Below, piece after piece: positions 1 to 10,020 of a DNA stretch of 64,000 nt. The stretch is from positions 128,001 through 192,000 of the forward strand of contig CAVYXJ010000010.1 in the NCBI GenBank assembly GCA_963772455.1, in the 5' to 3' direction. The first letter of the stretch is position 1, and each line of letters begins with the position of its first letter. Both the position numbers and the translations under genes were made by a program. This stretch comes from Candidatus Bathyarchaeota archaeon. GTDB lineage: Archaea; Thermoproteota; Bathyarchaeia; Bathyarchaeales; Bathycorpusculaceae. Below the pieces are notes generated by a model that ran no database searches, was not told the DNA's origin, and was given only the letters and a program-made list of their open reading frames with translations.

Positions 1-423
1 GCAATTGCAACTATAGGTGGATATCGAATGGAGCCCAAAGAGAAACCCAAAGTCTTCATAGCTGCAACCTCCCAAGATATCTTAAACAGGGCATTGCAAG
101 CTGGTGCAACATTAAGTACCTCAGGAAGTCCAATCGTGGGAACAGCTGGATTAATTCTTGGGTTGGCAAAATTCAAAAAAATTGATGCACTTTGTTTACT
201 TGGGGAAACACGGGGTTATTTGCCTGATCCTTTGGCAGCTAAAAGCGTTCTAGAAGTTTTAAAGTCTACCTTTAACTTTGATTTGGATCTCGCAGGCTTA
301 GACGAAGAGATTGCTAAAGCAGAGACAATGGTTACAAAGTTGCAACAAATTGAAGAAAAACGAGCCGTGCAAGCTGAAGAGTCAAAAAAGCAAGATGACA
401 AAAAAACCACATATATTTCATAA
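1..423 (+). CDS. PAC2-family proteasome assembly chaperone (5' partial)
   Basis: Frame open from base 1 (AIATIGGYRME...); motifs TIGGY, IVGTAGLILG, CLLGETRGYLPDPLAA; C-terminal HbYX-like tail YIS. Confidence 0.85.
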   Translation, partial: AIATIGGYRMEPKEKPKVFIAATSQDILNRALQAGATLSTSGSPIVGTAGLILGLAKFKKIDALCLLGETRGYLPDPLAAKSVLEVLKSTFNFDLDLAGLDEEIAKAETMVTKLQQIEEKRAVQAEESKKQDDKKTTYIS

Positions 424-591
424 GAATAATTTTTTCTTTATTACTTCTTGTTCGTGTGTTTTTATCCGATATTATGTAAATTAAGAAAATTTAAGTTCTG
501 TTGTAATTTAAAGCATAAATTAGTCGTCATTGCGATTGTTCAGTCAGAATATAGTAATACCATTTTAGTTTGTTAACTTTGAATTATCATC

Positions 592-2640
592 TTATGTTTT
601 CTTTAGACAGCCTTCGCGCGGTTCATAAATTGTTCCTTCACGTAGCAATTGCCCAATCATGCGTTCAACTTCGCCCCTTGGTATCTTTTGTTTAGTTTCC
701 AATTCGTTAACTAATGCGTCTTTTTCCACAATGCCCGTGATTTTCTCCATATCCATCAATGTTGATAATACAATGTGTAGTCTGTCTCGAATGCTCTTTG
801 GTCTGCCAGTCATAATTAGGTCAATGTCTACTTTGTATGAGGACATATCGATTCCGACTTCCTCAAGCGATCGCTTCATAATGGCAATAGCCGCGTCAGC
901 GTCCGCAGCAGTGACTTCGCTTCGAAGAGCAACGCGTGCTCGGGCTTCTGAAACACGAACCAGCGATTCAAGCTGACGCGCCGTTATTGCTACAGGTGAC
1001 CCTTCTGTTTCACTTGCTGAACGCATTGCTAGGTAAAAGTCACTAAGGCGGTTCAATGCGTCCATGCTTAGTTCTGGTTTGACGCTCTTGGCAAAACTGA
1101 CGTATTTTCGTAGAAGCTCCGCATTGACTTGCGCCTCTACCGGGCTTGATCCTCTTCTGTGAATCTCTAATATATGTCTGGACATTTTTCTGTCTGAATC
1201 TTTATTTGGTACGTCACGGAGGACAAAAATTAAGTCGAAACGAGAAAGGATAGTTACTGGTAGCGAAATATTTTCAGCAACCGTTCGATTAGGTTCATAT
1301 CTTCCTAATGATGGGTTAGCGGCTGCTAGAACGGCTGTTCGAGCGTTCAATGTGGCGACGATGCCGCCTTTTGCAACTGAAACAGTATGTTGTTCCATAG
1401 CTTCATGTATAGCAACTCTGTCTTCGGGACGCATTTTGTCCATTTCGTCAATGCATGCGATTCCTTTGTCTGCAAGGACCAATGCTCCTGCTTCAAGACT
1501 CATGCTTCCACCTTTTTCACGTACAACTGCCGCAGTTAAGCCAGCTGCTGTGGTACCTCTGCCCGAGGTGTAAAGTCCACGAGGTGCAATTCTGGCAACG
1601 TATTGAAGCAACTGCGATTTGGCTGTTCCTGGGTCACCAATTAACAGCGCGTTCATTTCGCCTCTCACATTTACGTCTGGTAAACTCTTTGATACCCCAC
1701 CGAAGAGTAGATACATTATTGCTTCTTTGATATGTTCTAATCCAAAAATTGAAGGTGCAATCGAAGTAAGAATTTTGTGGTGTACATCTGGATCTTTGGA
1801 TAACGCAACCATTTTGGCTTCTTCTTCAGGAGTGGGTGGTGATGTTTCAGGTTCTTTGCCCAATACTTCTATGGAGTTGGCGTCTAGTTGAAGTATGAAC
1901 GTGCGTAATTTTCCCATGCCCATTAGTGAGGGTGCAAAAGCACGTACTGTGCCAACTATTGAAACGTGGTCTCCTGGTCTTGCAACATCGACTATTTCGT
2001 CTCCGACAAGTTTCACCGCTAATACACGTGGAAGTTGTCCTGGAGGCAAATCTTCAGGTTTTTCTTGAAGGCGAAGATCTTGTGAGTCTATGAATGTGGA
2101 TTCTTCTTGACTAAACTCGAATGGTCCATCTCTACCACAATCTGGAGCAACGCATACGGATGGAGCTTTTAGAAATTGACCAGTTTGCTCAACCTGATTT
2201 ACTGTGCCGCATCGTTTACATTTGAAAGCTCCCAATTGAACCATTGGGCGAACAGGCGTGGCACGCACTACGATGCCTTCAATCATAACTAGTTTGCTCA
2301 TTTGTCTTGAGCCTAGTTTTCGCAGAATCTCTTTGCCCAAGAGCTTTACAATTCTAACTATTACTTTCTCTATTTTCTCAGCGTATTCTGCATCCTCAAT
2401 TCGAAGTTGCTCGTATGCTCCTTTACCGGCATGTTGTAAGTACTCTTCAGGTCTGTTTAGTAATAGTTCAGATAAGGCCTGGTCGAATCCATAGAGTTCT
2501 TCAAAATCGATAATTAAAGATCCTTTTCCGTTAATGGCTAACTGAGCAATTCGTTGGCGGTACTTTTCTTTTTTGAAAAATTCTTGAAAACGCTGTTGAG
2601 GATCTATGGTCTCAAGTTTAGCCATTCTATTTTTCTCCAA
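592..2640 (-). CDS. mcm: MCM replicative helicase
   Basis: Zn finger CKRC...C, Walker A GDPGTAKS, IDEMDKM, arginine finger SRFD, C-terminal winged helix; no intein. Confidence 0.98.
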   Translation of the reverse strand: MEKNRMAKLETIDPQQRFQEFFKKEKYRQRIAQLAINGKGSLIIDFEELYGFDQALSELLLNRPEEYLQHAGKGAYEQLRIEDAEYAEKIEKVIVRIVKLLGKEILRKLGSRQMSKLVMIEGIVVRATPVRPMVQLGAFKCKRCGTVNQVEQTGQFLKAPSVCVAPDCGRDGPFEFSQEESTFIDSQDLRLQEKPEDLPPGQLPRVLAVKLVGDEIVDVARPGDHVSIVGTVRAFAPSLMGMGKLRTFILQLDANSIEVLGKEPETSPPTPEEEAKMVALSKDPDVHHKILTSIAPSIFGLEHIKEAIMYLLFGGVSKSLPDVNVRGEMNALLIGDPGTAKSQLLQYVARIAPRGLYTSGRGTTAAGLTAAVVREKGGSMSLEAGALVLADKGIACIDEMDKMRPEDRVAIHEAMEQHTVSVAKGGIVATLNARTAVLAAANPSLGRYEPNRTVAENISLPVTILSRFDLIFVLRDVPNKDSDRKMSRHILEIHRRGSSPVEAQVNAELLRKYVSFAKSVKPELSMDALNRLSDFYLAMRSASETEGSPVAITARQLESLVRVSEARARVALRSEVTAADADAAIAIMKRSLEEVGIDMSSYKVDIDLIMTGRPKSIRDRLHIVLSTLMDMEKITGIVEKDALVNELETKQKIPRGEVERMIGQLLREGTIYEPREGCLKKT

Positions 2641-3181
2641 CGTTTTCTAGTATTCTAGCTTTCCACTCAGAAATGATTTTAACAAGTTGCTCGTAAACAA
2701 GGCGTTCTTCACTTGTGAATTTCTTGAGAACTAGGTCACTTTGGGCAGGAGCGGCAGATATTGCAACTATTTTCTTTAGTCTCGAATTAACGATGTCGCG
2801 AGCTAATTGTCTTGCACGATCGTATTCTTGGTATTTCTCGGATTGTTTTTGAGCTTGATCTTTTAGATCTGAGATGAATCTGCGGAGTTTGGGGTAAAAG
2901 TCGCCTGGCAAATCTGAGATTTGTCCTGGAATTTGGACGCCTTCCTTCCATTGGACTTTGAAGAGTTTAGTGGCATCTAAGACGTCGTCTTCGCGGAAAT
3001 GAACCATACCTGCTGATGCAAGTTCTTTGGCTACCCAAAAATAAATTTCGTATTCATTTCCTTCGTCAAAGGGACCTACAGTTAAGCCGGCAAGTTTGAT
3101 TTCTGGGCAGTTGCGGTTCGCTATGATTTTAACTAGTGAATTCTCATAGCAAAAGTCTAAAGTGCATATTTTCGCTGCCAA
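2627..3181 (-). CDS. GINS complex subunit (Gins23/Psf2-like)
   Basis: Overlaps mcm start; N-terminal beta domain (GPF..G...E..FWVA..L) followed by helical domain (LP.DFY, RL.KI). Confidence 0.8.
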   Translation of the reverse strand: MAAKICTLDFCYENSLVKIIANRNCPEIKLAGLTVGPFDEGNEYEIYFWVAKELASAGMVHFREDDVLDATKLFKVQWKEGVQIPGQISDLPGDFYPKLRRFISDLKDQAQKQSEKYQEYDRARQLARDIVNSRLKKIVAISAAPAQSDLVLKKFTSEERLVYEQLVKIISEWKARILENVGEK

Positions 3182-3333
3182 ATCCTATCCCTCTTCAACA
3201 CAGTTGCCCTTTGCGGGATTCAACAGATATGGCGAGAACAGTTTTAAGGATTGCTAGAAAAACAAATTCAGAAAATTTCATTATTTATTGTGCAATGCTG
3301 GAGAATTTGCGGGTCTTTAAAGATGTAAGTTAA

Positions 3334-4584
3334 TCATGGCCAGAGTCCCAATACTTTTATCGCATTTGCTACTCGCCCAATTCCCAGCATTAGGGCTCCA
3401 GTTCGCATATCGCTTTCTTCCTTCACCACAATAGCCTCCACGTCGTTGAAGGCTTTAGTCATTTTCTCCTCAAGCTTGCTGTTGACAGTTTCTAGTGACC
3501 ACTGTTCTCGGGTTAGGTTTTGGACCCATTCGAAGTAACTTACTGTCACTCCTCCACTATTGGCGAGGATGTCTGGGATAAGGCAAATTTCTTTTTCGTA
3601 CAAAATCTTGTCAGCTTCAGTTGTGGTAGGTCCATTGGCGCCTTCAGCAACCATTTTTGCTTTGATTTTGTCAGCGTTCTTGTGTGTAATCTGGTTTTGC
3701 AGCGCCGCGGGGATAAGCACGTCGCATGGTAATTCTAACAGTTCTTCGTTAGTTATACTCTTGTAGCCCATGTAACCTTGGACAGATTGAGTTTTTTCTT
3801 TATACGCTAAAAGACCTTGTGGATTCATGCCGTCTTCGCAGTAGATTCCGCCAGTTGAATCGCTTACCGCAACCACATTGCATCCAATTTCTCGAGCAGC
3901 AATTGCAGCATTGTAACCAACATTGCCGAAGCCTTGAATTGCCACAGTAGCTCCTTTAAGTTTTAATCCGTTATTCTCTGCTGCTTGTCTTATGCAATGA
4001 ATTACGCCACGCCCAGTAGCTTCGATTCTACCCCATGAACCACCAATCTCAACTGGCTTGCCTGTTGCGCTTTCAGGGATTCTGAAACCTTTAAGCTGGC
4101 TGTAAGTGTCCATTATCCACGCCATTGTCTGTGAATCCGTGTACATGTCAGGCGCTGGAATATCCATGTGTGGACCCAGATACTCAGAAATCAAACTAAC
4201 ATATCTTCTGGTCAAACGTTCCAACTCATTTTGACTTAGTTTTTTGGTGTCGACGCATATTCCACCTTTGGCTCCTCCGAATGGTATGTTGGCGATTGCA
4301 CATTTCCATGTCATAAGCATCGCAAGCGCTGTGACTTCGCCGAGCGTTAAGTTTGGATAATATCGGATTCCCCCTTTGAAGGGTCCGCGTGCATCCCAAT
4401 GTTGAACCCGTAAACCGTTGAAAACGTCAACTGAACCATTATCCATTCGAATGTCGATGCTTACGGAAATTGAGCGTTTGGGTTGGCTTAGCATTTTATG
4501 CATTCCTGAATCGAGCCCAAGTTTTTTTGATGCTAATTTGAGTTGTGATAATGCTACGGTTAATGGTGTGTGTTCTTCTGTCAA
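3334..4584 (-). CDS. gdhA: Glu/Leu/Phe/Val dehydrogenase, probably glutamate dehydrogenase
   Basis: GPFKGGIRY, MTWKCA, GGAKGG, DIPAPD, QGFGNVG, EGANGP, VSYFEWVQN. Confidence 0.93.
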   Translation of the reverse strand: MTEEHTPLTVALSQLKLASKKLGLDSGMHKMLSQPKRSISVSIDIRMDNGSVDVFNGLRVQHWDARGPFKGGIRYYPNLTLGEVTALAMLMTWKCAIANIPFGGAKGGICVDTKKLSQNELERLTRRYVSLISEYLGPHMDIPAPDMYTDSQTMAWIMDTYSQLKGFRIPESATGKPVEIGGSWGRIEATGRGVIHCIRQAAENNGLKLKGATVAIQGFGNVGYNAAIAAREIGCNVVAVSDSTGGIYCEDGMNPQGLLAYKEKTQSVQGYMGYKSITNEELLELPCDVLIPAALQNQITHKNADKIKAKMVAEGANGPTTTEADKILYEKEICLIPDILANSGGVTVSYFEWVQNLTREQWSLETVNSKLEEKMTKAFNDVEAIVVKEESDMRTGALMLGIGRVANAIKVLGLWP

Positions 4585-4853
4585 TAGACAAGCCTTCTAC
4601 AACAAAAGTTAATTAAAAATAGCTAGTTAAGAGTTGCCATTGAAAGCTTTTGTAGGTTTGGTTGATGCTTTTGTATACAAATAGATTATTTTCTATTTTG
4701 ACTATCTTTACCTAAATTTTGTAGGGGGAACAAACCGTGAAATTTGATAATCCAGTATTGAAAGCTAAGCTATCAAACCAAATTTTAATATTATTATGTA
4801 TTTTTAATATAAATAGAATAATTTGATTCAATTTACATAAGTTTATGATATGA

Positions 4854-5189
4854 TTAGACTTTTTCAAGGTATTTTTCAAATTGCTTCCTATCCCTCAAAC
4901 ACTGAGGACAAACACAATTAAATGGTAAATTCTTGGTTGTACATAACTCGTCATATTTGCAATCGCCGCAAGGAAAATCTTTCCCGCATTGGGTGCAACT
5001 TTGAAGAAAAATCACTTCAGTATTAAGGATTTCGTTGATTAAGTCCATAAGTTTCTCGATGTCGTTGTAACTTTTAATAGAATAGAGGCATTGTTCGCGA
5101 TTGTAATCTAATCCTGCGTTTAATAGGTGCATGAACTTTTCTTTTTCCACTCGTGGAAGCTTGAATGCTTTCTTATTCAAAACCGCCAT
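4854..5189 (-). CDS. Hypothetical Cys-rich (putative Zn-binding) protein
   Basis: 111 aa; starts 6 nt after the rfcL stop; CTQC, CGDC, C, CVCPQC. Confidence 0.7.
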   Translation of the reverse strand: MAVLNKKAFKLPRVEKEKFMHLLNAGLDYNREQCLYSIKSYNDIEKLMDLINEILNTEVIFLQSCTQCGKDFPCGDCKYDELCTTKNLPFNCVCPQCLRDRKQFEKYLEKV

Positions 5190-5195
5190 GGTTAC

Positions 5196-6440
5196 TCAGA
5201 ACCTGTTCATTTTAATTAGAAAATCAACTTCTTCTGGCGTAAATTTAAACCAAGCTTGAAGGGTATTTCCTTTTTGTTTTTGCAGTAATTCTTTAACGAA
5301 AGGAACGAAATCATGTTTAGCTTTTCCGTGCGAAACGTGACATTGGGCTCCAATTTTGCCGCATATACTGTCAAGCATTGTTCTTTTGCCCTTGGTCCAG
5401 AACAATGTAATAATTCGAATTGGCGGGGAAATCAAAGTAAAGGGTTTGTATGATTCAGGATTGACTGCAGCAGCTTTTGATAAGCAGTTAAAGAAGTACT
5501 TTAAAAGAAACCAATGTTCCGTTCCAATTCTACCTCTAAAAACGTCAGCTTGAGATACAAAATCGTAAGCCGCTGCAAGCTCTGTCGGGTCACTGTAGCG
5601 TCTTGGGAGGTTGTCGCTTATAGATAACAGAAAATCATCATAGTCAACATTCGAGTAGCTAAGCAAACTTGATACCTCTGCAATTGATTTTGTTGAAAAG
5701 AATTCTCGCAAGGTATCGTCCATGCTGATATCCTTGTTTCTTGAACTAAGCATGATCGTATCTTGAAGAGTTAAGTTGTGAGTTCCTTCGCTTAAACTTT
5801 GTAAATCGTTTATTGCTGACCGCACATCGCCGCGGCTATTCTGAGCAATTCTTTCTAGTGCTTCGAACTCTGCTTTCACGTGTTCAAGCAAACATATTTT
5901 CTGAAGCAGAGCAATAATTAGTGGAATCCGTATTTGTTGGAACCTCACGAGTAGGCATACTTTTTTTAGCGGTCGAAGTTTTTCTACTTCAGGGTCATTT
6001 GCAGCCATTATAACTGGGGTGCGTGCTTCCTCAATAATTTTTATTATTGCACCTACACCGCCTCGATCCTCGTTACCAGCGATGCCGTCAACTTCATCTA
6101 GGAAAAGAAGGTTGCCTTTGCCTTTGACTTGGTTTTGAGTTGAAAAATTATCTAAAGCCACGTAGGATGTAGCTGGTTTAGCAACTGCGTTAATCGCTTT
6201 TTCTGAGCGTGTGTCGCTAGCGTTCATCTCAATAATTGTAAATCCAAATTCTTTTGAAGCTGCATTAATTAATGCAGTTTTTCCTACACCGGGAGGTCCA
6301 TAGAGCAAAATAGCTTTTTTACTTCGACGTTTGCTCTTGAGCCACTCAATAAAAATAGTTTTAGCTTCTTCATTGCCAATTATATCTTCTATCTTTTTTG
6401 GGCGGTACTTTTCAACCCATAAAAGATCATTTCGCTGCAT
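5196..6440 (-). CDS. rfcL: Replication factor C large subunit
   Basis: WVEKYRP, GPPGVGKT, EMNASD, LDEVDG, GDVRSAINDLQ. Confidence 0.95.
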   Translation of the reverse strand: MQRNDLLWVEKYRPKKIEDIIGNEEAKTIFIEWLKSKRRSKKAILLYGPPGVGKTALINAASKEFGFTIIEMNASDTRSEKAINAVAKPATSYVALDNFSTQNQVKGKGNLLFLDEVDGIAGNEDRGGVGAIIKIIEEARTPVIMAANDPEVEKLRPLKKVCLLVRFQQIRIPLIIALLQKICLLEHVKAEFEALERIAQNSRGDVRSAINDLQSLSEGTHNLTLQDTIMLSSRNKDISMDDTLREFFSTKSIAEVSSLLSYSNVDYDDFLLSISDNLPRRYSDPTELAAAYDFVSQADVFRGRIGTEHWFLLKYFFNCLSKAAAVNPESYKPFTLISPPIRIITLFWTKGKRTMLDSICGKIGAQCHVSHGKAKHDFVPFVKELLQKQKGNTLQAWFKFTPEEVDFLIKMNRF

Positions 6441-7434
6441 AAGTTTCCTCTACATTCTTTCCAAATTTTGCGAACTGAGCTAAAAGTGCGCTTAGTTGGA
6501 TGTCGCTGTTTGCGCCTTGAGTTAACCTGTAATCGTATTCGCCGATGATGTTTGATAGGTCAGCTTTTTGTTCGGGCGTTAAATCAGACATTTTGAAGAT
6601 TTCGCGTTGCACTTGACGGATGATTTCGTTGCCTGAAAAACCATAAGACCCCATTATTTCATACATTGTTTTTCTGGCTTCAATAAAGTCGCCATACAAG
6701 GCTTTTCGAATCATTTTTTGCACCTGCATAGGGCTGGCTTCTCCAATAACTAGGGAAACTGTCTTTTCATCAACGCAATTGGGTTTGTATGCTGAAGCTG
6801 TTTGTAACGCGTTTATTGCGTGTCGCAAGTCGCCTTCGGAGTAGTCCACTATTCTCTCGGCTGCTTCAGGCTGCAGAGTAATGTTTTCTTTTTTTGCGAT
6901 GCATAGCAGTTGATCTTTCATTGCTTGTTTGTCTAGTCGTGAGAATCGGAAGATGGCGCATCGGCTTTGTATGGGCTCAATAATTTTGCTCGATTGATTG
7001 CATATTAGGATGAATCTGGATGTGCGGGAACTGGTTTCCATTATGCGTCTAAGAGCTGTTTGAGCTGGACCTGTCATTTGGTCACATTCGTCGAGTATTA
7101 TTAGGGCAAATGGAATGTCGCCAAAACCAGAACGACTGTAACGTGAGAAATCTTTGATACGGTCTCGTACTGTGTCAATTCCTCTTTCATCTGAAGCGTT
7201 AAGTTCAAGTGTAAAGTTTCTCCAGTTATCTCCATATAATTCGTGAGCGATGCAGAGAGCGATTGTTGTTTTTCCTGTACCCGGAATACCTGCTAGCATC
7301 AAGTGCGGCATAGTCTTTGGGTTTTTCATAAACGCTTTAAGGCTCTCGACAATGTCTTTTAAACCTACGACATCATCGAGGGTTTTGGGCCGGTATTTCT
7401 CGACCCACATAAGTGCTTCTTCATTAACTGCCAT
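6427..7434 (-). CDS. rfcS: Replication factor C small subunit
   Basis: WVEKYRP, GIPGTGKT, ELNASDERG, LDECD, SRC motif; no intein. Confidence 0.97.
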   Translation of the reverse strand: MAVNEEALMWVEKYRPKTLDDVVGLKDIVESLKAFMKNPKTMPHLMLAGIPGTGKTTIALCIAHELYGDNWRNFTLELNASDERGIDTVRDRIKDFSRYSRSGFGDIPFALIILDECDQMTGPAQTALRRIMETSSRTSRFILICNQSSKIIEPIQSRCAIFRFSRLDKQAMKDQLLCIAKKENITLQPEAAERIVDYSEGDLRHAINALQTASAYKPNCVDEKTVSLVIGEASPMQVQKMIRKALYGDFIEARKTMYEIMGSYGFSGNEIIRQVQREIFKMSDLTPEQKADLSNIIGEYDYRLTQGANSDIQLSALLAQFAKFGKNVEETYAAK

Positions 7435-7524
7435 AAATTAACCCTTACCGATAAATTATAGATACCCTTGTTCTAATAACTAATTTGTCTTTCTGTAAAA
7501 GTTAAAAAAGAATTTGTTTCGAGA

Positions 7525-7866
7525 TTAGCCAATTTTACTGCCTTCAGCAATGTCTTTTTCAGGCTGCAGAACTGAAACATTTCCTGTCTCATCTTCAGCA
7601 GCTAAAATCATACATTGCGATTCTATTCCAGCCAACATTCTTCTTTGAAGATTTAGGAGAAAAACGCATTTCTTGCCAACCAATTCTTCTGGTTTATAAT
7701 ATTTAAGGAGTCCAGCAACTGCTTGGCGTTTTTCTGAGCCAAAATCAACAATGATTTTTATTAGTTTTTTTGATTCTGGTACAATTGTTGCTTCCAAGAT
7801 TTTTCCTATTCGTAGGTCTATTTTTTGGAAATCAGCGAAAGTTATTTCTTCAGCCATAATCTTCAC
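7525..7866 (-). CDS. Stand-alone tRNA-binding OB-fold protein (Trbp111/CsaA/MetRS C-terminal-like)
   Basis: ITFADFQKIDLRIGKI, RQAVAGL, NL..R.LAGIESQCMILAA. Confidence 0.88.
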   Translation of the reverse strand: MKIMAEEITFADFQKIDLRIGKILEATIVPESKKLIKIIVDFGSEKRQAVAGLLKYYKPEELVGKKCVFLLNLQRRMLAGIESQCMILAAEDETGNVSVLQPEKDIAEGSKIG

Positions 7867-8093
7867 GCTTAAGCGTTAGTTATTGTATGTTTAGATATTT
7901 ACTTTGCTTTCGCTCAAAAGTTTGATTCTTTGTTTGGTTGCGAAATGTAAGTTTGTCTTAGTGGTTCAGAAATTCTACATTTTAAATAATGTTGGACTAT
8001 TTTTACAGCTGTATTGAGAGAACATAGGAACTGCACATGTTCTTTGAACTTTCTTAGCCGAGAAATTCCTGGTAGGTTTTGGCATGTTTTTTT

Positions 8094-8759
8094 TTACTCT
8101 TTTGTGGATTTCAATTTAATGGAATCTTTAGAGGGTTCAAATCGTTTTAGCTGGTCTTCAAGCGATTTTCGGCGTACTTCCAATGTGATGTCGCCCCGTG
8201 TGGACTCAATGATTCTTCGAGCAATGTCTGATTTGTGTCTGAGTCCTGGAACAAGCATGTATGCTTCGTCGAGCGCTAACAGTTGAATGAAGATTTGATC
8301 CATTATTTCAAGGCATTTTTCGCCCTTTACCACTTCGCCTTCACGCAAGTTGTCTAAGGCAAGGCGTCTATATTCACCTATGACATCCGCCAAACCCAAC
8401 ATATAATCAACTGAGGGAACATTAATCTCAGCTGGAGTCACAAAACGATCTTCTTTAACTAAAATCAAGAATATGTTAGCTTCAGAATACTCTTGAAAGG
8501 CTGCGCTAAGCATGCCACCGTAAATGATTTCAGGATATTGTTTAGCCATGTCTTGCAGAATTAGAATTCTTTCTCTTGCACTCGAAACCATTTTTTCTGC
8601 ATCTTCGAATCTTTTTTGGTGAATAAGCAAAATCGCCTGTTTGGAAAGGCTGGTTGCTTTACGCATGCTTTCGTGGGTTTCTTCACGAATCTGGTTTTTC
8701 GCCATTAGCTCGTTTTTGACTTCCTGTATAATTATTTCTAAAGAATACAAAAATTGCAC
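8094..8759 (-). CDS. Translin/TRAX (C3PO) family protein
   Basis: QEYSEA and YMLGLADVIGEYRR catalytic acidic motifs; LRHKSD. Confidence 0.85.
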   Translation of the reverse strand: MQFLYSLEIIIQEVKNELMAKNQIREETHESMRKATSLSKQAILLIHQKRFEDAEKMVSSARERILILQDMAKQYPEIIYGGMLSAAFQEYSEANIFLILVKEDRFVTPAEINVPSVDYMLGLADVIGEYRRLALDNLREGEVVKGEKCLEIMDQIFIQLLALDEAYMLVPGLRHKSDIARRIIESTRGDITLEVRRKSLEDQLKRFEPSKDSIKLKSTKE

Positions 8760-8894
8760 CCAATAGGGAATTATTGTTTTGGTTGTTTATTTCAATTTCT
8801 TACCTTTTCGCCTAAATCAAAATCTACATTGAAATTGTGTGTGCTTATTTTGAATGGAAAAATACCTTTACTTAAAAGGTCTTTTAGGCAGATG

Positions 8895-9872
8895 TTAATT
8901 TTCTCCGATTCGTATGGGCTTTTCCAATCTGCTTAGCAAAACTACTCTGCTTTCAGGTGCCTCATCAATAACTCGATAACCCGTCTTCTCTGCTAGCTGG
9001 GCAGCGAAATCTTTGACTTCTCCATGCATGGGCATCCGGTCGAAGCCCAAGCGCAAATTTGAAAAGCCTATGTGCATGTATGCTTTGGCTTCAATGTAAG
9101 TTGGATTTGTTTTCTCAACAAGCTTTGCGTACGCATCAATTAAACTCATGTTGTGTTCCTTAACAAGAGTCATGCGTACTACCGTTGGGCAACGGAAACT
9201 CTGCAGCAAACCCAGCGTTTCATTTAGTTTTGTCCAGGCGCCTGGAAACAGGGGTCGACAGACTTTCTTGTAGACTTCTTCGTTTGGGGCGCATAGTGAG
9301 ATGTATAGTTGTGTGGGTTCTTGGCTTAGCTTTGATAGTTTAGATGGTAGAGTACCGTTCGAAACAAGAAACGTAGTTAATCCTTTTTGGTGGAACGTTC
9401 GAATAAGCTCGCCCAGCGGCTCATAAAGTGTGGGTTCACCTGTCAGGCTTATGGCTACTTGTTTAGGTCTTTGGGCTTCTTGGAATTTGCGCCAATTTGT
9501 TTTCTCGTTGCCTTTGTAGCCTGTTAGGATTTTTGCTTGAGCTTTAAAGCAGCCTTCAACAATTTCTTCTGGTGTATCTTTGTTTGGATTTTTCATTTCG
9601 TCCCATGTAACTTCTAAATCTCCGCTCTGGGCTCTCCAACAAAAAAGACATTGTTGAGTGCACGAATAAAGTGAAGGTGTCATCTGAATGCACCTGTGTG
9701 ATTGGATTCCGTAAAATTTTTGTTTATAACATGATCTGCCGTTAACGATTGATTCGTAGAGCCATTTGCATCTTTTAACAGCTGAGTGACTGCCTATTAA
9801 ATGGTATTTTTGTTTCTTTAAAGCAATTAAAAGTGGCGAGGCAGATTGGTTTTCCAAGTTGTTGTACACCAA
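8895..9872 (-). CDS. taw1: 4-demethylwyosine synthase TYW1/Taw1 (radical SAM)
   Basis: HSAVKRCKW, CYKQKFYGI.SHRC.QMTP, CTQQCLFCWR, AISLTGEP, IEAKAYM. Confidence 0.95.
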   Translation of the reverse strand: MVYNNLENQSASPLLIALKKQKYHLIGSHSAVKRCKWLYESIVNGRSCYKQKFYGIQSHRCIQMTPSLYSCTQQCLFCWRAQSGDLEVTWDEMKNPNKDTPEEIVEGCFKAQAKILTGYKGNEKTNWRKFQEAQRPKQVAISLTGEPTLYEPLGELIRTFHQKGLTTFLVSNGTLPSKLSKLSQEPTQLYISLCAPNEEVYKKVCRPLFPGAWTKLNETLGLLQSFRCPTVVRMTLVKEHNMSLIDAYAKLVEKTNPTYIEAKAYMHIGFSNLRLGFDRMPMHGEVKDFAAQLAEKTGYRVIDEAPESRVVLLSRLEKPIRIGEN

Positions 9873-10020
9873 GTTTTAGTAACATTAGAAGAAGGTCTTT
9901 TAAAAATCCCTATGTCTACAAGCAGTTTTCTTGATGAAATCTCTTTTTATCTGTTTTAACAGTTGAATCAAGGGTTTTGGGTTTCAAAGGTAAAGTTTAA
10001 AATCATCCCTTAGATAAATC

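Noticed and set aside
4590-4853. AT-rich spacer among replication genes as a possible replication origin
   Set aside because: Only one G-run (TAGGGGGAA); no repeated ORB-like boxes and no cdc6/orc1 gene in the window
592-7434. Inteins in MCM or RFC
   Set aside because: Lengths are normal and Walker motifs are uninterrupted
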